Of a stretch of DNA of 64,000 bases, positions 43,505-53,292 are shown in pieces. A program made the translations under genes and the position numbers. Under the pieces are notes generated by a model that was not told the origin of the DNA, made no database searches, and saw only the letters and a program-made list of their open reading frames with translations. Position 1 is the stretch's first letter. Every line of letters starts with the position of its first letter. Origin of the DNA: Candidatus Kaiserbacteria bacterium (lineage in GTDB: Bacteria > Patescibacteriota > Minisyncoccia > Phycocordibacterales > JABMNX01); contig JACPLB010000001.1 in NCBI GenBank assembly GCA_016186705.1, forward strand, positions 11,106-75,105, given 5' to 3'.

Positions 43505-43640
43505 GCGTGAAATAGAGTTAGTGGTGCGATAACAATCGACCTTACTGTTTTATTATCCCATTACACACATGCGCCACAAGTGTGTTGTGCACATTTTTGG
43601 TCCCCTCTCTAAAAGCTAAAAACTAACATCTGAAAGCTTT

Positions 43641-44993
43641 TTACAGGTACGAGAGCGGATTCAGGTAAGCGTCAAGCGGCGCAATCGGTATCTCCACATT
43701 CCTGCAGTTGACGCTCTTCGTAAAGCGTTCAATTCGGACCCCCTGTGTTGCGTACACGGTAAAGTGAAGGTGCGGACCGGTCGAGTAGCCCGTGTTTCCG
43801 CTAAAGCCGATGACATCTCCCGTTGATACGTTTTGCCCAAGGTTAACCGAAATATGCGAGAGGTGCGCGTAGAGCGTTGTAAGTCCGTTGTTGTGCTTCA
43901 CGAGCACCCATTTGCCGTACGAATAGCATCCTCTCTGTGTGTCGGTATTTCCGGTCCCCGTCACGGTACCGGTAAGTGCCACCTGCACTTTTGTGCCGAC
44001 GCTCGCCCTGAAGTCGACGCCATTATGACCCGCTCCCCTGTAAATTTGCGGGTTTTGAGTGGCAAACGGCGTGTTGCCGAAATATTGTGTAATACAGTAA
44101 ATATTTTTTAATTGGCCGTTAAACGCCTTACATCCCTGCATGTAGCTGTCGGAAAAAGGAAACCGCAGGATACCGGAACCGTATGGAGGAATGCTGTTGG
44201 GGTCAATCGCGATGCGCAATTGGGACTCAAGTTCAAGGAGGTCATTCTCAAATTGCTCGCGAGCGGCGATTTTCTCGTTCAATAATTTTTGATACTCCGA
44301 TTCTTTCTGCACGGTCTTGTTCAGAAGAATATTTTGTTCGGACAGCGTGCCTTCCAAGACAACTTTTTGTCCGGCAAGTTCGGTATTGTAATTCGTCAGC
44401 TCAATTTTCTTTCTCTCTGAAGACGTTTTAGTGGTCTCGAGGTCTTTCTTAAGTTTAATAAGGTCTCGGAGCTCGTCCCGAACGACAATCTGAAACCGCT
44501 GAAGCGTCTCGAGCTGGTCCCAAAATTCGTTCAGATTGTCATGCCCGAGAACAACCTCAATCATTGACTGGGATTCCATTTCGTTGATATTCCGCAGTGC
44601 CAGAGACACCGCGTCCGTATTGTTTTCAATACGTCCGCTCTTATCCGTAATGTCCCGAGAAAGCTCCTGTATCTGAAGCGTTGTCGAGTAAATGCGATTT
44701 TGCGTAATTTGTATGTTTGTTAGGAGCTTTTTCCTCGAGAGATTGAGTTCGCTTACGGTGCTCTCTAACGTCCTTTTCTCGCCCCCGATGTGTGTGAGCT
44801 CCGTCTCATACCGAGCAATGTCTTTCTCAAGTTCATCTATTTTTGCGCCATAGTCGGAGATTTGTTTCTGAATCTCCTCAATGCTTTGAGCGGAAGCATT
44901 CGGCGGAGCTATGCTTATCCACCCGACCGCAAAAACCGCGAGTATACAGAGCGTGCGAATATGCGTAAAAATATGTATCCTCTCCCCTGTCAT
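43641..44993 (-). CDS. M23/LytM peptidase with N-terminal coiled-coil (EnvC-like murein hydrolase activator)
   Basis: Signal peptide, long coiled-coil and HNGVDF...GYSTGPHLHF, the LytM motifs. Confidence 0.8.
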   Translation of the reverse strand: MTGERIHIFTHIRTLCILAVFAVGWISIAPPNASAQSIEEIQKQISDYGAKIDELEKDIARYETELTHIGGEKRTLESTVSELNLSRKKLLTNIQITQNRIYSTTLQIQELSRDITDKSGRIENNTDAVSLALRNINEMESQSMIEVVLGHDNLNEFWDQLETLQRFQIVVRDELRDLIKLKKDLETTKTSSERKKIELTNYNTELAGQKVVLEGTLSEQNILLNKTVQKESEYQKLLNEKIAAREQFENDLLELESQLRIAIDPNSIPPYGSGILRFPFSDSYMQGCKAFNGQLKNIYCITQYFGNTPFATQNPQIYRGAGHNGVDFRASVGTKVQVALTGTVTGTGNTDTQRGCYSYGKWVLVKHNNGLTTLYAHLSHISVNLGQNVSTGDVIGFSGNTGYSTGPHLHFTVYATQGVRIERFTKSVNCRNVEIPIAPLDAYLNPLSYL

Positions 44994-44997
44994 ATCG

Positions 44998-46377
44998 TTA
45001 TAAAAGTTGCTGTTGGGCTTCTTTTAAACGTGCGAGCGTCTCGTTTTTTCCGAAAATTTCCGCAAGCGTAAACGGGTCAGGAGATTTTTCTTTTCCCGAA
45101 AGTGCCACGCGCATCGGCCAGAGCACCGTTCCTCTCCCCTTCTCCTCGGCGTATCTCCATATCGCGTTTTTCACCGTCTCTTTCGTGAATGTCTGCTCTT
45201 GAACGTTCTCAAGCAGTCCAATGACAGCCGATACCACTAAAGCCGCTGTCTCTATAGAGTCTTTTTTCCACTGGATGTCCGTTTCCATGTGAGGCGGAGC
45301 AAAAAAATAATCGAACTCTCCTTTCTCACTCAACTCCCCCAGCTCTTTGAATGTACTTACACGTTCAATAATCGTATCGACTGCTTTTTTGAGGCGTGCG
45401 TCTGAATACTGCGGAAGTCGTCTCGTCTCTCTTGAGAGCGAAGCGGCAACTCGCCGAAACACTTCGGCTTTCGGAAGCTTCTTGAGATGTTCCCGATTGA
45501 ACCAGTCGAGTTTGCGTGAGTCAAACACTGCTCCGCTTTTCTGGACCTGTTCCAGCGAAAAATCTTTTATAAGCTCTTTCATCGTGTACATCTCTTTGTC
45601 AGTACCGGGATTCCAGCCAAGAAACGCGAGGTAATTCAGCATTGCTTCGGGAAGACAGCCGCCCTCCCGATATTCGGTGATTGACGTACTTCCTTTCCGT
45701 TTTGACAGTTTTGAGCGGTTAGGAGCCAAAATGAGCGGAATATGAGCATAATGAGGCTCTTCCATGCCGAGAGCTCTCTGTATGAGTATCTGCCGCGGAG
45801 TATTCGAGATATGGTCATCCCCTCTGATAACGTGCGTTACATTCATCTCATGGTCGTCAATCACAACCGCGAGATGGTAGAGCGGTTCTTTTATTGAACG
45901 CGCGATAACAAAATCTCCAAGCTCTTTGGTATTGAAAGAAATATCGCCTCTGATAATGTCTCTGAAAGAAATATCGGTGCCGGAATTTTTCAAACGCACG
46001 ACTTCGACTTCCCTTCCCTCTTTTTCACTTTTTTCTTTTGACACGTACGCGCGTCCGTTCTTAACAAGCCGTGCGATATACTCCGCGTACACATCCGTTC
46101 TTTCCGACTGGCGAAAAAGAGCGTCAAAGGAAAGCTCAAGCCAGTTCAATCCGTCAAGGATGTCTTTTTCATATTCTTTTTTGCTCCTTTCTTTGTCGGT
46201 ATCTTCGATTCGCACGATGAACTCTCCTCCATGATGCCGTGCGAAAAGAAAATTAAACAACGCGGAACGCGCCGTACCGATATGAAACATGCCTGTGGGA
46301 CTCGGCGCGATTCGTGTTATTACTTTCTCCGAAAAAAACTTCCCGAGGAGTTTTTGGAACAGGAGATTATGACTCAT
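44998..46377 (-). CDS. gltX: Glutamyl-tRNA synthetase
   Basis: RIAPSPTGMFHIGTARSALFN (HIGH) and KLSKRKG (KMSKS); start set at the internal ATG 6 nt after the murG stop. Confidence 0.85.
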   Translation of the reverse strand: MSHNLLFQKLLGKFFSEKVITRIAPSPTGMFHIGTARSALFNFLFARHHGGEFIVRIEDTDKERSKKEYEKDILDGLNWLELSFDALFRQSERTDVYAEYIARLVKNGRAYVSKEKSEKEGREVEVVRLKNSGTDISFRDIIRGDISFNTKELGDFVIARSIKEPLYHLAVVIDDHEMNVTHVIRGDDHISNTPRQILIQRALGMEEPHYAHIPLILAPNRSKLSKRKGSTSITEYREGGCLPEAMLNYLAFLGWNPGTDKEMYTMKELIKDFSLEQVQKSGAVFDSRKLDWFNREHLKKLPKAEVFRRVAASLSRETRRLPQYSDARLKKAVDTIIERVSTFKELGELSEKGEFDYFFAPPHMETDIQWKKDSIETAALVVSAVIGLLENVQEQTFTKETVKNAIWRYAEEKGRGTVLWPMRVALSGKEKSPDPFTLAEIFGKNETLARLKEAQQQLL

Positions 46378-47497
46378 GTTCAATGCCGATATTAACAAGC
46401 TCTTCTGCGATAACTTTCGCGGCATCCGGGCGTGAAAACGCTTGCGCGCTCTCCGACATTTTTTTCATCTCGTTCTGATTGTCAAATAAGCGGTTCACTT
46501 CGGACACGAGCAAATGCGGCGTTAAATTGTTTTGCTCTATGACGACTGCGGCACCCGAACGGGCGTACGAAAACGCGTTTACACTCTGGTCTCGCGAAAC
46601 ATCGTGAGGAATTGGGATAATAACAGCTGGCTTATGCGCTGCAGCAGTCTCAAAAATGACTCCCGAGCCGGCGCGAGTAATAACCAAATCTGCCGCGCCG
46701 TACGCCATGCGTAGAGCGAGTATATTAAGAAGACCGAACGGATGATACCGCGTCCTATGCTCCAATCCTTCGAGGATAATGCTCGCGCGGCTTTTTACTT
46801 CCTCATAATTTTTTTCCCCCGCCTGATGGATGACTTGATAACGCGGAAGAAGTTCCGAAAGTGCGTCCAAGACAGCGTTGTTGATTGCTTGAGCCCCTTG
46901 GGAGCCGCCAAGTACGAGGAGCACCGGGATACCCCTTTCAAGGTTAAGATATTCAAATGCCCCCTCTTTCTCGGGCCGAAAAAGCTCCTGGCGAATAGGG
47001 TTCCCCGTATATGCCACCCGTTCGGGCGAGATAGTCGTTACCGCTTCCGGATATGAAATGGCGACACTTCGCGCAAATCGTGCCGCCCAGGCATTCGTGC
47101 GTCCCATGACGGCATCCGATTCATGCACCACTATCGGAATGCGCAAGAGCCGCGCCGCAAGCACCGTCGGAAAACTCGCATACCCCCCTTTTGAGAATAC
47201 GACATCGGGATAAATAAAAAAAAGTTTTACGAGTGCGAGAGCCGCTCCCCAGAGAGTCTTTAGCATGTCGATGTAATTCCATATCGACGCATAATTACGC
47301 AGTTTTCCGGCAGTGCTGTACTGATGCTCTATATTAAGTTCAACAAGCGCCCTCTCGTCAAAGGGTTTCGGTCCAAAATAGTACAATTGAGGGGGGAGAA
47401 GTTTCTTTTCGGCAACGACGTCTTTTATTTTCTCCGCGACGGCGATAATAGGATAAAAATGTCCGCCGGTTCCTCCTCCCGTAAAAACAATTTTCAT
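46367..47497 (-). CDS. murG: Lipid I GlcNAc transferase MurG (UDP-GlcNAc--MurNAc-pentapeptide-PP-undecaprenol transferase)
   Basis: KIVFTGGGTGGHFYP N-terminus and GT28 fold. Confidence 0.85.
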   Translation of the reverse strand: MKIVFTGGGTGGHFYPIIAVAEKIKDVVAEKKLLPPQLYYFGPKPFDERALVELNIEHQYSTAGKLRNYASIWNYIDMLKTLWGAALALVKLFFIYPDVVFSKGGYASFPTVLAARLLRIPIVVHESDAVMGRTNAWAARFARSVAISYPEAVTTISPERVAYTGNPIRQELFRPEKEGAFEYLNLERGIPVLLVLGGSQGAQAINNAVLDALSELLPRYQVIHQAGEKNYEEVKSRASIILEGLEHRTRYHPFGLLNILALRMAYGAADLVITRAGSGVIFETAAAHKPAVIIPIPHDVSRDQSVNAFSYARSGAAVVIEQNNLTPHLLVSEVNRLFDNQNEMKKMSESAQAFSRPDAAKVIAEELVNIGIEHES

Positions 47498-48636
47498 GAT
47501 TTCAGGTATTTAGACACATTGAGAACAATACCGACACTCGTAAGCGCGAAAAGCATCGCAGTACCTCCATGGCTGATAAACAAGAGCGGTACGCCGGTGA
47601 GCGGAAATACGCCGAGCATTGAGCCGATATTAATAAATGATTGAGATGTAATCAGTATAACAATTCCAACAACAAGGAGTCCACCGAAATAATCGGGGGC
47701 ACGAGACGCGATTTTTAAACCGCGAAACGCAAACGCAAGGAAGAGAAAAATGAGTATAAGCCCCCCGATGAAACCGAATTCCTCGGCGGCGACCGCGAAA
47801 ATGGAATCCCCTATTGGTTCGGGGAGATAATTGAATTTTTGGACGCTTTGCCCGAACCCCCTGCCGGAGATGCCTCCCGAGCCGATAGCGATGAGTGATT
47901 GGTTAAGTTGGTAGCCCGATTCCTGGAGATTCGCGCTCGGGTCTAAATATGTCTCCAGTCTGTCTTGCAGATACGGGCGCTTTGTGACAAGAAACGAGAA
48001 TATAATCGTGCTTATGACAAGGAGAATTATGAGGTCTCGAATTTTTGCCCCTGCGACGATATACATCGCAATTCCCGCGGACGCGAGAACGAGTGTCGAG
48101 CCGGTATCCGGCTGAAGCAAAAGAATGCCCCCTGCCGCTCCGAGTAAAAGGACAAAGGGTATAAGACCGTATCGATACTCTTCAATCTTATTTCTCACTG
48201 ATGAGAGGTATGCCGCAAGACACATGACAAAACCGATTTTGAGAAACTCAACAGGCTGGAACGTGAAGCCGAAAAGTTCGATCCACCGCTTCGCGCCGTG
48301 CGCCTCAAAACCGAGCCCCGGCACGAACACAAGAAGAGCCGCGAGCATTGAGAGCGCGAAAATGTAAGGCGCGTACCCTCTCCAATACCGATAGCGAATA
48401 TTCGTGGTGATAAAAAGAAACACAGTTCCAAGCACCATCCCAAAGAAAATTTGACTGAATGCGACCGAGGAAAAGCGTGCCCCTTCTCTCGCGAGAAGGC
48501 CCAATGACGCGGACGTGAAAATAAAAAAGCCGACAACGACAAGGATAATGGTGATAAAGAGAAGCTGTCGGTCTATCCTCATACCGCCGTCAGCCGGTGA
48601 GGGCAATGATGATTCCGATAACGGCAAAAACGACAC
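47494..48636 (-). CDS. ftsW: SEDS-family peptidoglycan glycosyltransferase FtsW/RodA
   Basis: 10 TM with the conserved IGSGGISGRGFGQS...PEPIGDSIFAV block; sits between murG and mraY. Confidence 0.8.
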   Translation of the reverse strand: MSFLPLSESSLPSPADGGMRIDRQLLFITIILVVVGFFIFTSASLGLLAREGARFSSVAFSQIFFGMVLGTVFLFITTNIRYRYWRGYAPYIFALSMLAALLVFVPGLGFEAHGAKRWIELFGFTFQPVEFLKIGFVMCLAAYLSSVRNKIEEYRYGLIPFVLLLGAAGGILLLQPDTGSTLVLASAGIAMYIVAGAKIRDLIILLVISTIIFSFLVTKRPYLQDRLETYLDPSANLQESGYQLNQSLIAIGSGGISGRGFGQSVQKFNYLPEPIGDSIFAVAAEEFGFIGGLILIFLFLAFAFRGLKIASRAPDYFGGLLVVGIVILITSQSFINIGSMLGVFPLTGVPLLFISHGGTAMLFALTSVGIVLNVSKYLKS

Positions 48637-49657
48637 TCACGATCCAGTAGCGCATGGTTACTTTGTACCCCGGCCAGCCGATTGCCTCAAAATGGTGATG
48701 AATGGGGGCGACTTTGAAAATCTTTTCCCCTCTGTATTTTTTTGAAAGCACCTGAAGAATATTGGAGAGTACGGTCATGACGAGAAGCACCGCGATGATC
48801 GGGAGCACTGCGATACCCTCCCCTCCTCCGAGTGTATCCGTCATGAACGCGATAACGGCGATGGTCATCGTCAGGCCCATAGTGCCGGTTTCCGTCATCC
48901 AAAAACGCGCCGGAGGAATATTGAACCACAAGAACGCGAGAAGCGCTCCTACGACCGCCGCGCAAAATGCCGCGAGGTCAAGCTGTTCCTGGTAAAAGGC
49001 AATGCCGGCGTACGCGGCAAAGATAGACGCAAAGACGCCTCCGGAGAGCCCGTCAATGCCGTCAATAACTCCGCTTGCGTAGAGAGCAATGGAGACGAGC
49101 ATAAAGAAAGGAATAATGAGCCAGCCGATGAAAAAGTCGCCGTTAAAAGGTACGGCGATGCTTGTAATGTCGAGTTTTTCAAAAAACCACCAGCCGATGA
49201 AAAGAGAAACGGCGCCGACAACGAGAAGCCGCACTTTTAGCGTGATACCTTTTTCTCCCGAAAGCGACGTAATGTCAAAAATGTCGTTTGCGAGACCGAC
49301 CAATGCTCCGATAAGGAGGGTTGAGAACGGGATCCACGTCTGGTTTCTGCTTAAAAAATCAAGCTTGCTGAACGCGCTTCCCTCAAAGAAAGTCCCCAAG
49401 AGCCACAGGAGCACTGTGGTGATGAGTACGCTTCCCCATATAACGATACCGCCCATCCGTGGCGTATGCGTCTCAACATGAGCCCGTAATCTCCCGAACT
49501 CCTCCGCTTTCTTTCCGTCAAGCGCGGTTTTTCCAGGGCTCTTTTTCCATGCCTTGAACGCGTAGAGGTAATGGGTGACAATCGGAGTAATTGCGATGCC
49601 AATGAAAAAGGTCAAGGCGGCGGGGACGATGACTTTAACGATATCAATAACCACCAT
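48590..49657 (-). CDS. mraY: Phospho-N-acetylmuramoyl-pentapeptide transferase MraY
   Basis: NDIFD and DGIDGLSGG motifs; polytopic. Confidence 0.85.
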   Translation of the reverse strand: MVVIDIVKVIVPAALTFFIGIAITPIVTHYLYAFKAWKKSPGKTALDGKKAEEFGRLRAHVETHTPRMGGIVIWGSVLITTVLLWLLGTFFEGSAFSKLDFLSRNQTWIPFSTLLIGALVGLANDIFDITSLSGEKGITLKVRLLVVGAVSLFIGWWFFEKLDITSIAVPFNGDFFIGWLIIPFFMLVSIALYASGVIDGIDGLSGGVFASIFAAYAGIAFYQEQLDLAAFCAAVVGALLAFLWFNIPPARFWMTETGTMGLTMTIAVIAFMTDTLGGGEGIAVLPIIAVLLVMTVLSNILQVLSKKYRGEKIFKVAPIHHHFEAIGWPGYKVTMRYWIVSVVFAVIGIIIALTG

Positions 49658-49710
49658 TGTGCTCTATTGTACCGCGCCTCTTCCCTTGGGCAAACGGATA
49701 CGCTTGTTTC

Positions 49711-50697
49711 TTACTGGGCAATCCTTTTAAGACTCGCCCGTACCAGTTTTTCAATATCATTGAATCTTCCTTCGTACGAGGAGCCGAGTACAACAGCGAC
49801 AACCGGATGATTGATGCCTGCATTAAATACAACGACAATATTGCCGCCGGCAAGGTCAGTAAAGCCGGTTTTCGACGCTATGATTCCGGGAATTTTCCCA
49901 ATGGCGGCATTGGTATTCGTGGCGCCGTAGGTAAATGCATCCTCGGAAATGAAATGGAGAGCACTGTAGGACGTCGCCTCAAGGATTTCCGGGCGCTTCA
50001 CGGTAAACGCCGTAAGAGTGCCCATGTCTTTAGCGGAACCATACCCGCCGCTTACGGCAGTGCTTACGTCAAGCCCGCTTTCGTTAATAAAAAAAGATTG
50101 CGTGAGCCCGAGTTCGTGCGCTTTCTGATTCATGCGGGCAATAAATCGCGCGTGCGGGTTGGAATTTTCGTCTTCGGCGAGTACAAAAGCGCCCGCGACT
50201 CCCGCGATTGCGTGAGCGCCGTCGTTTGAAGAGACGAGGAGCGTGTAATCGAGAAGTTTTCTGAACGTCCAACGCTCACCGGGCTTAAGTCCGCTGTCTC
50301 CCTCGATTGCCACTGATTCCTCGGTAAGCGTAATGGGAGTGTTGTCCGAGATGAGCTCCGAGGCGACAAGAGCCGTCATGACTTTTGTGAGTGACGCAAG
50401 CGGCAATTGCGCGGTTTCGTTTTTTGTAAAATAAACCCGGTCTTCGGCAATGTCATAGACGTATGCCGCCTTGGCTTCAAGGAATAATCCCTCAAAAGGA
50501 TTTGCGTTCTGAATATCGTGAGATTCTTGTCCTTCTTGGCCTCCTTCAGGAACGTGTCCGTTGCCATTCAAAAGAACGATGGTCGCAATCGTAAGTACCC
50601 CCAGAAGGGCGATGCGAAAGAAGACCGTTTTTGAACTCTCCTTTTCTTTATGTTCTTCTGAATTGTTATTCCCCATGTTCTTTATGCTCCGTTTCAA
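49711..50697 (-). CDS. dacA: D-alanyl-D-alanine carboxypeptidase (S11, PBP5-like)
   Basis: SLTKVMT (SxxK), SSND (SxN) and KTGFT (KTG) motifs. Confidence 0.8.
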   Translation of the reverse strand: MKRSIKNMGNNNSEEHKEKESSKTVFFRIALLGVLTIATIVLLNGNGHVPEGGQEGQESHDIQNANPFEGLFLEAKAAYVYDIAEDRVYFTKNETAQLPLASLTKVMTALVASELISDNTPITLTEESVAIEGDSGLKPGERWTFRKLLDYTLLVSSNDGAHAIAGVAGAFVLAEDENSNPHARFIARMNQKAHELGLTQSFFINESGLDVSTAVSGGYGSAKDMGTLTAFTVKRPEILEATSYSALHFISEDAFTYGATNTNAAIGKIPGIIASKTGFTDLAGGNIVVVFNAGINHPVVAVVLGSSYEGRFNDIEKLVRASLKRIAQ

Positions 50698-51211
50698 AGA
50701 GTTTCATTTCTTCTCTTACTTCTTTGTATTCCGGCAATTCATCAATCGCGGATATGCCGAGAAACGAAAAGAGTTCCACAGTGGGACGGTACAAAAATCC
50801 TCTCATGTCTTTCGGATTCGGTATTCTCTCGACGAGACCGCGGACGAGGAGACTTCTGATGATGAAGGTGGAATTGACTCCCCGAATAAAATCAATTTCT
50901 CCGCGGGTGACCGGTCCGCGATAGAGCACGATGGAGAGCGTCTCGAGCCCGGCTTTCCCTAAATCTTTTGAGAGCTCCTCTTTTCTGATTCTTTGGAGGA
51001 GCGGAGAATAGTCGGGCGCGGTGCGAAGCGCCACCTCATCGTCCTTTTCAAGGAGCAGGACGCCGCGCCCGTTAAGCTTTTCTTTGAGGGATATGAGCCC
51101 ATTGTCAATTTCCGCCAAAGGTGCGCCAAGCGCCGTCCCGAGCCATTTTCTTGTGACCGGCTCGTTTTTAAAAAAAAGAATCGCTTCAATTTGTGCGGTA
51201 ATGTCTTCCAT
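50666..51211 (-). CDS. scpB: Segregation and condensation protein B
   Basis: IEAILF...PVTR tandem winged-helix pattern; directly after scpA. Confidence 0.75.
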   Translation of the reverse strand: MEDITAQIEAILFFKNEPVTRKWLGTALGAPLAEIDNGLISLKEKLNGRGVLLLEKDDEVALRTAPDYSPLLQRIRKEELSKDLGKAGLETLSIVLYRGPVTRGEIDFIRGVNSTFIIRSLLVRGLVERIPNPKDMRGFLYRPTVELFSFLGISAIDELPEYKEVREEMKLFETEHKEHGE

Positions 51212-51212
51212 G

Positions 51213-51950
51213 CTACTCATATTTCGGGACACCGAGCGTATCGGCCTCCATTGTGATATCCTCAAAAGTTTTTTCTTGCGTGGCGTTAATTATACCCTGC
51301 TTGACGAGTTCAAGCATCGCGAGAAAACTCACGATAACCTCAATCTTCTCATTCTTTTTTGCATTCGCAAATTCGCCGAAATTCATCCGCAAGCTCTGGG
51401 TAATCCGTGACGTAAGATTTTCTATCGCTTCTTCTATGCTCATGATTTTCTTGACGACGGCCTCCGGAAGGAATTCCGTTATGGGAAGGTTTGCGATGAC
51501 CCGTTTTATAGTTTCTTGCATTGAGCGTATTGAAACGTCATGTGCAGGTGAGAAGAGCGGCTCTACGTTCTTGCTCTCTTCCGCTTCAAAGAGCACTCGC
51601 GCTCCAAAACGCCCGGAAACATGCGCGGAGAGGGCTTTGATGCGTTTGTAGAGCATAAGCCGCTCCTCAAGAATCTTAATATCCTCCTCCTCAGTGTCAG
51701 TCAGAGAGAGCGTCGGCAGGAGCGATTTTGACTTGATGAGAAGGAGCGTTGAGGCGACGAGCACGAAGTGGGAAGTTTGTGAGAGAGGAAATTCCTGTTT
51801 GTCCTTCAAGTATTCAATGTAGTCGTCCGCAACAGCGGCAAGAGAGACGTCATTGATGGGAAGTTTCCGTTTTTCAATCAGGGCGAGGAGGAGGTCGAGC
51901 GGCCCTTCAAATCCGTCAAGTTTTACCTTAAACTCGTCCGCCATACTCAA
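51213..51950 (-). CDS. scpA: Segregation and condensation protein A
   Basis: FEGPLDLLLALIEKRKL, the ScpA N-terminus. Confidence 0.8.
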   Translation of the reverse strand: MSMADEFKVKLDGFEGPLDLLLALIEKRKLPINDVSLAAVADDYIEYLKDKQEFPLSQTSHFVLVASTLLLIKSKSLLPTLSLTDTEEEDIKILEERLMLYKRIKALSAHVSGRFGARVLFEAEESKNVEPLFSPAHDVSIRSMQETIKRVIANLPITEFLPEAVVKKIMSIEEAIENLTSRITQSLRMNFGEFANAKKNEKIEVIVSFLAMLELVKQGIINATQEKTFEDITMEADTLGVPKYE

Positions 51951-53287
51951 TCGGAAAGAAGTATGTCTATCCGGTTCATTTCCCGGGGAAAGAGCGTCGC
52001 TTCTTTGATATTCTCAAGTCCGAGCATTTTCTCCGTTAGGCGCTCAAGTCCCATCCCCCACCCGCCGTGGGGCGGCATGCCGTATTGAAATGTCTGAAGA
52101 TAGAACGAGAAATTGTCGGGATTGAGACCTCGTTCTTTGAGTTTTTTCACGAGTGTATCGTAGTCGTGCACACGCTGTCCCCCCGTTGCAACTTCAATGC
52201 CTCTAAAGAGGAGGTCAAAACTTTTGGTATATCCAGCATCGTTCTCGTCTTCAAATGTGTAAAATGGACGTTTGGAAGCCGGATAGTGTGTAATGAAGAT
52301 AAAATCAGATTTAAATTCTTTTGCCGAGTATTCGCAAAGCCACTTTTCTTGCGCGGGTGAGAGGTCGGGTTCTTTTGTCGAGTCCTCGCCCGTTTCCTTA
52401 AAGATAAGAGTTTGCGCGTCCCGGAGTTTCATGACCGGAAACGTCGTGGGACAAAGCGCTGACGCCGCTTTAAGAGAAGAGAGTTCCCGCTCACACGCCG
52501 TACCGACCGCTTTGACGATTGAGCGAATGACTTTCGTGAGCACATCCATAACGGTCTCATGACTTTCTATAAATCCCATTTCGGCGTCAAGACTCGTGTA
52601 TTCATTGAGATGCCTCGTCGTACTGTGCTTTTCGGCGCGAAAAACGTTTCCAACGGTAAACACTTTTTCAAAAACCCCGACCATAATCTGCTTGTAGAGC
52701 TGGGGGCTTGTGGCAAGATACGCAGTCTTATCGTAAAAATATTCCACCTTGAAAGCGTTCGCCCCTCCTTCCGCGTCATTTCCCACAAGTTTTGGTGCTT
52801 GAAACTCAACAAAATCCATTGTGATAAGCGTGTCTCGGTACGCTCTCATTATTTCCGATTGCACCTTAAAAATATCTTTGCCCTTCTTTGAGCGGAGCGT
52901 AAGCGGCATGTAATCAAGGTATGTATCAATGTTTAGCTCCGTGTCCTTATCAAACGGTAATTCCTGCGCCTCGTTTAGAATCGACATGCTCTGAATTTCA
53001 AGTTCAATGTCCCCGTTTAAAGTATCGGAGTTGACCATGTTATCCGGTCGCGCGTTCACTACTCCCCCTATTTTTACTACCCACTCCGAACGAAGTTTCT
53101 GGACGACCTCTTTTTCAGCGTTGGAGAGCTTCCCCTTGGGCAGAACGACACACTGCACCATACCCGTGCCGTCGCGGATATCAAGAAAAATGAGCTTGCC
53201 GTGGTCGCGTCTGACGTCAACCCAGCCGGCAATAGCGACTTCTTTTCCAATATGCTTTTTGAGATGTTGTATCGCTATTCGTTTCAT
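51947..53287 (-). CDS. aspS: Aspartyl-tRNA synthetase, archaeal/eukaryal-type short class IIb (AsnRS not excluded)
   Basis: 446 aa with an OB anticodon domain, FRAE..STTRHLNEYTSLDAEM (motif 2) and the GGWGMGLERL motif 3 region. Confidence 0.7.
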   Translation of the reverse strand: MKRIAIQHLKKHIGKEVAIAGWVDVRRDHGKLIFLDIRDGTGMVQCVVLPKGKLSNAEKEVVQKLRSEWVVKIGGVVNARPDNMVNSDTLNGDIELEIQSMSILNEAQELPFDKDTELNIDTYLDYMPLTLRSKKGKDIFKVQSEIMRAYRDTLITMDFVEFQAPKLVGNDAEGGANAFKVEYFYDKTAYLATSPQLYKQIMVGVFEKVFTVGNVFRAEKHSTTRHLNEYTSLDAEMGFIESHETVMDVLTKVIRSIVKAVGTACERELSSLKAASALCPTTFPVMKLRDAQTLIFKETGEDSTKEPDLSPAQEKWLCEYSAKEFKSDFIFITHYPASKRPFYTFEDENDAGYTKSFDLLFRGIEVATGGQRVHDYDTLVKKLKERGLNPDNFSFYLQTFQYGMPPHGGWGMGLERLTEKMLGLENIKEATLFPREMNRIDILLSD

Positions 53288-53292
53288 ATCTT

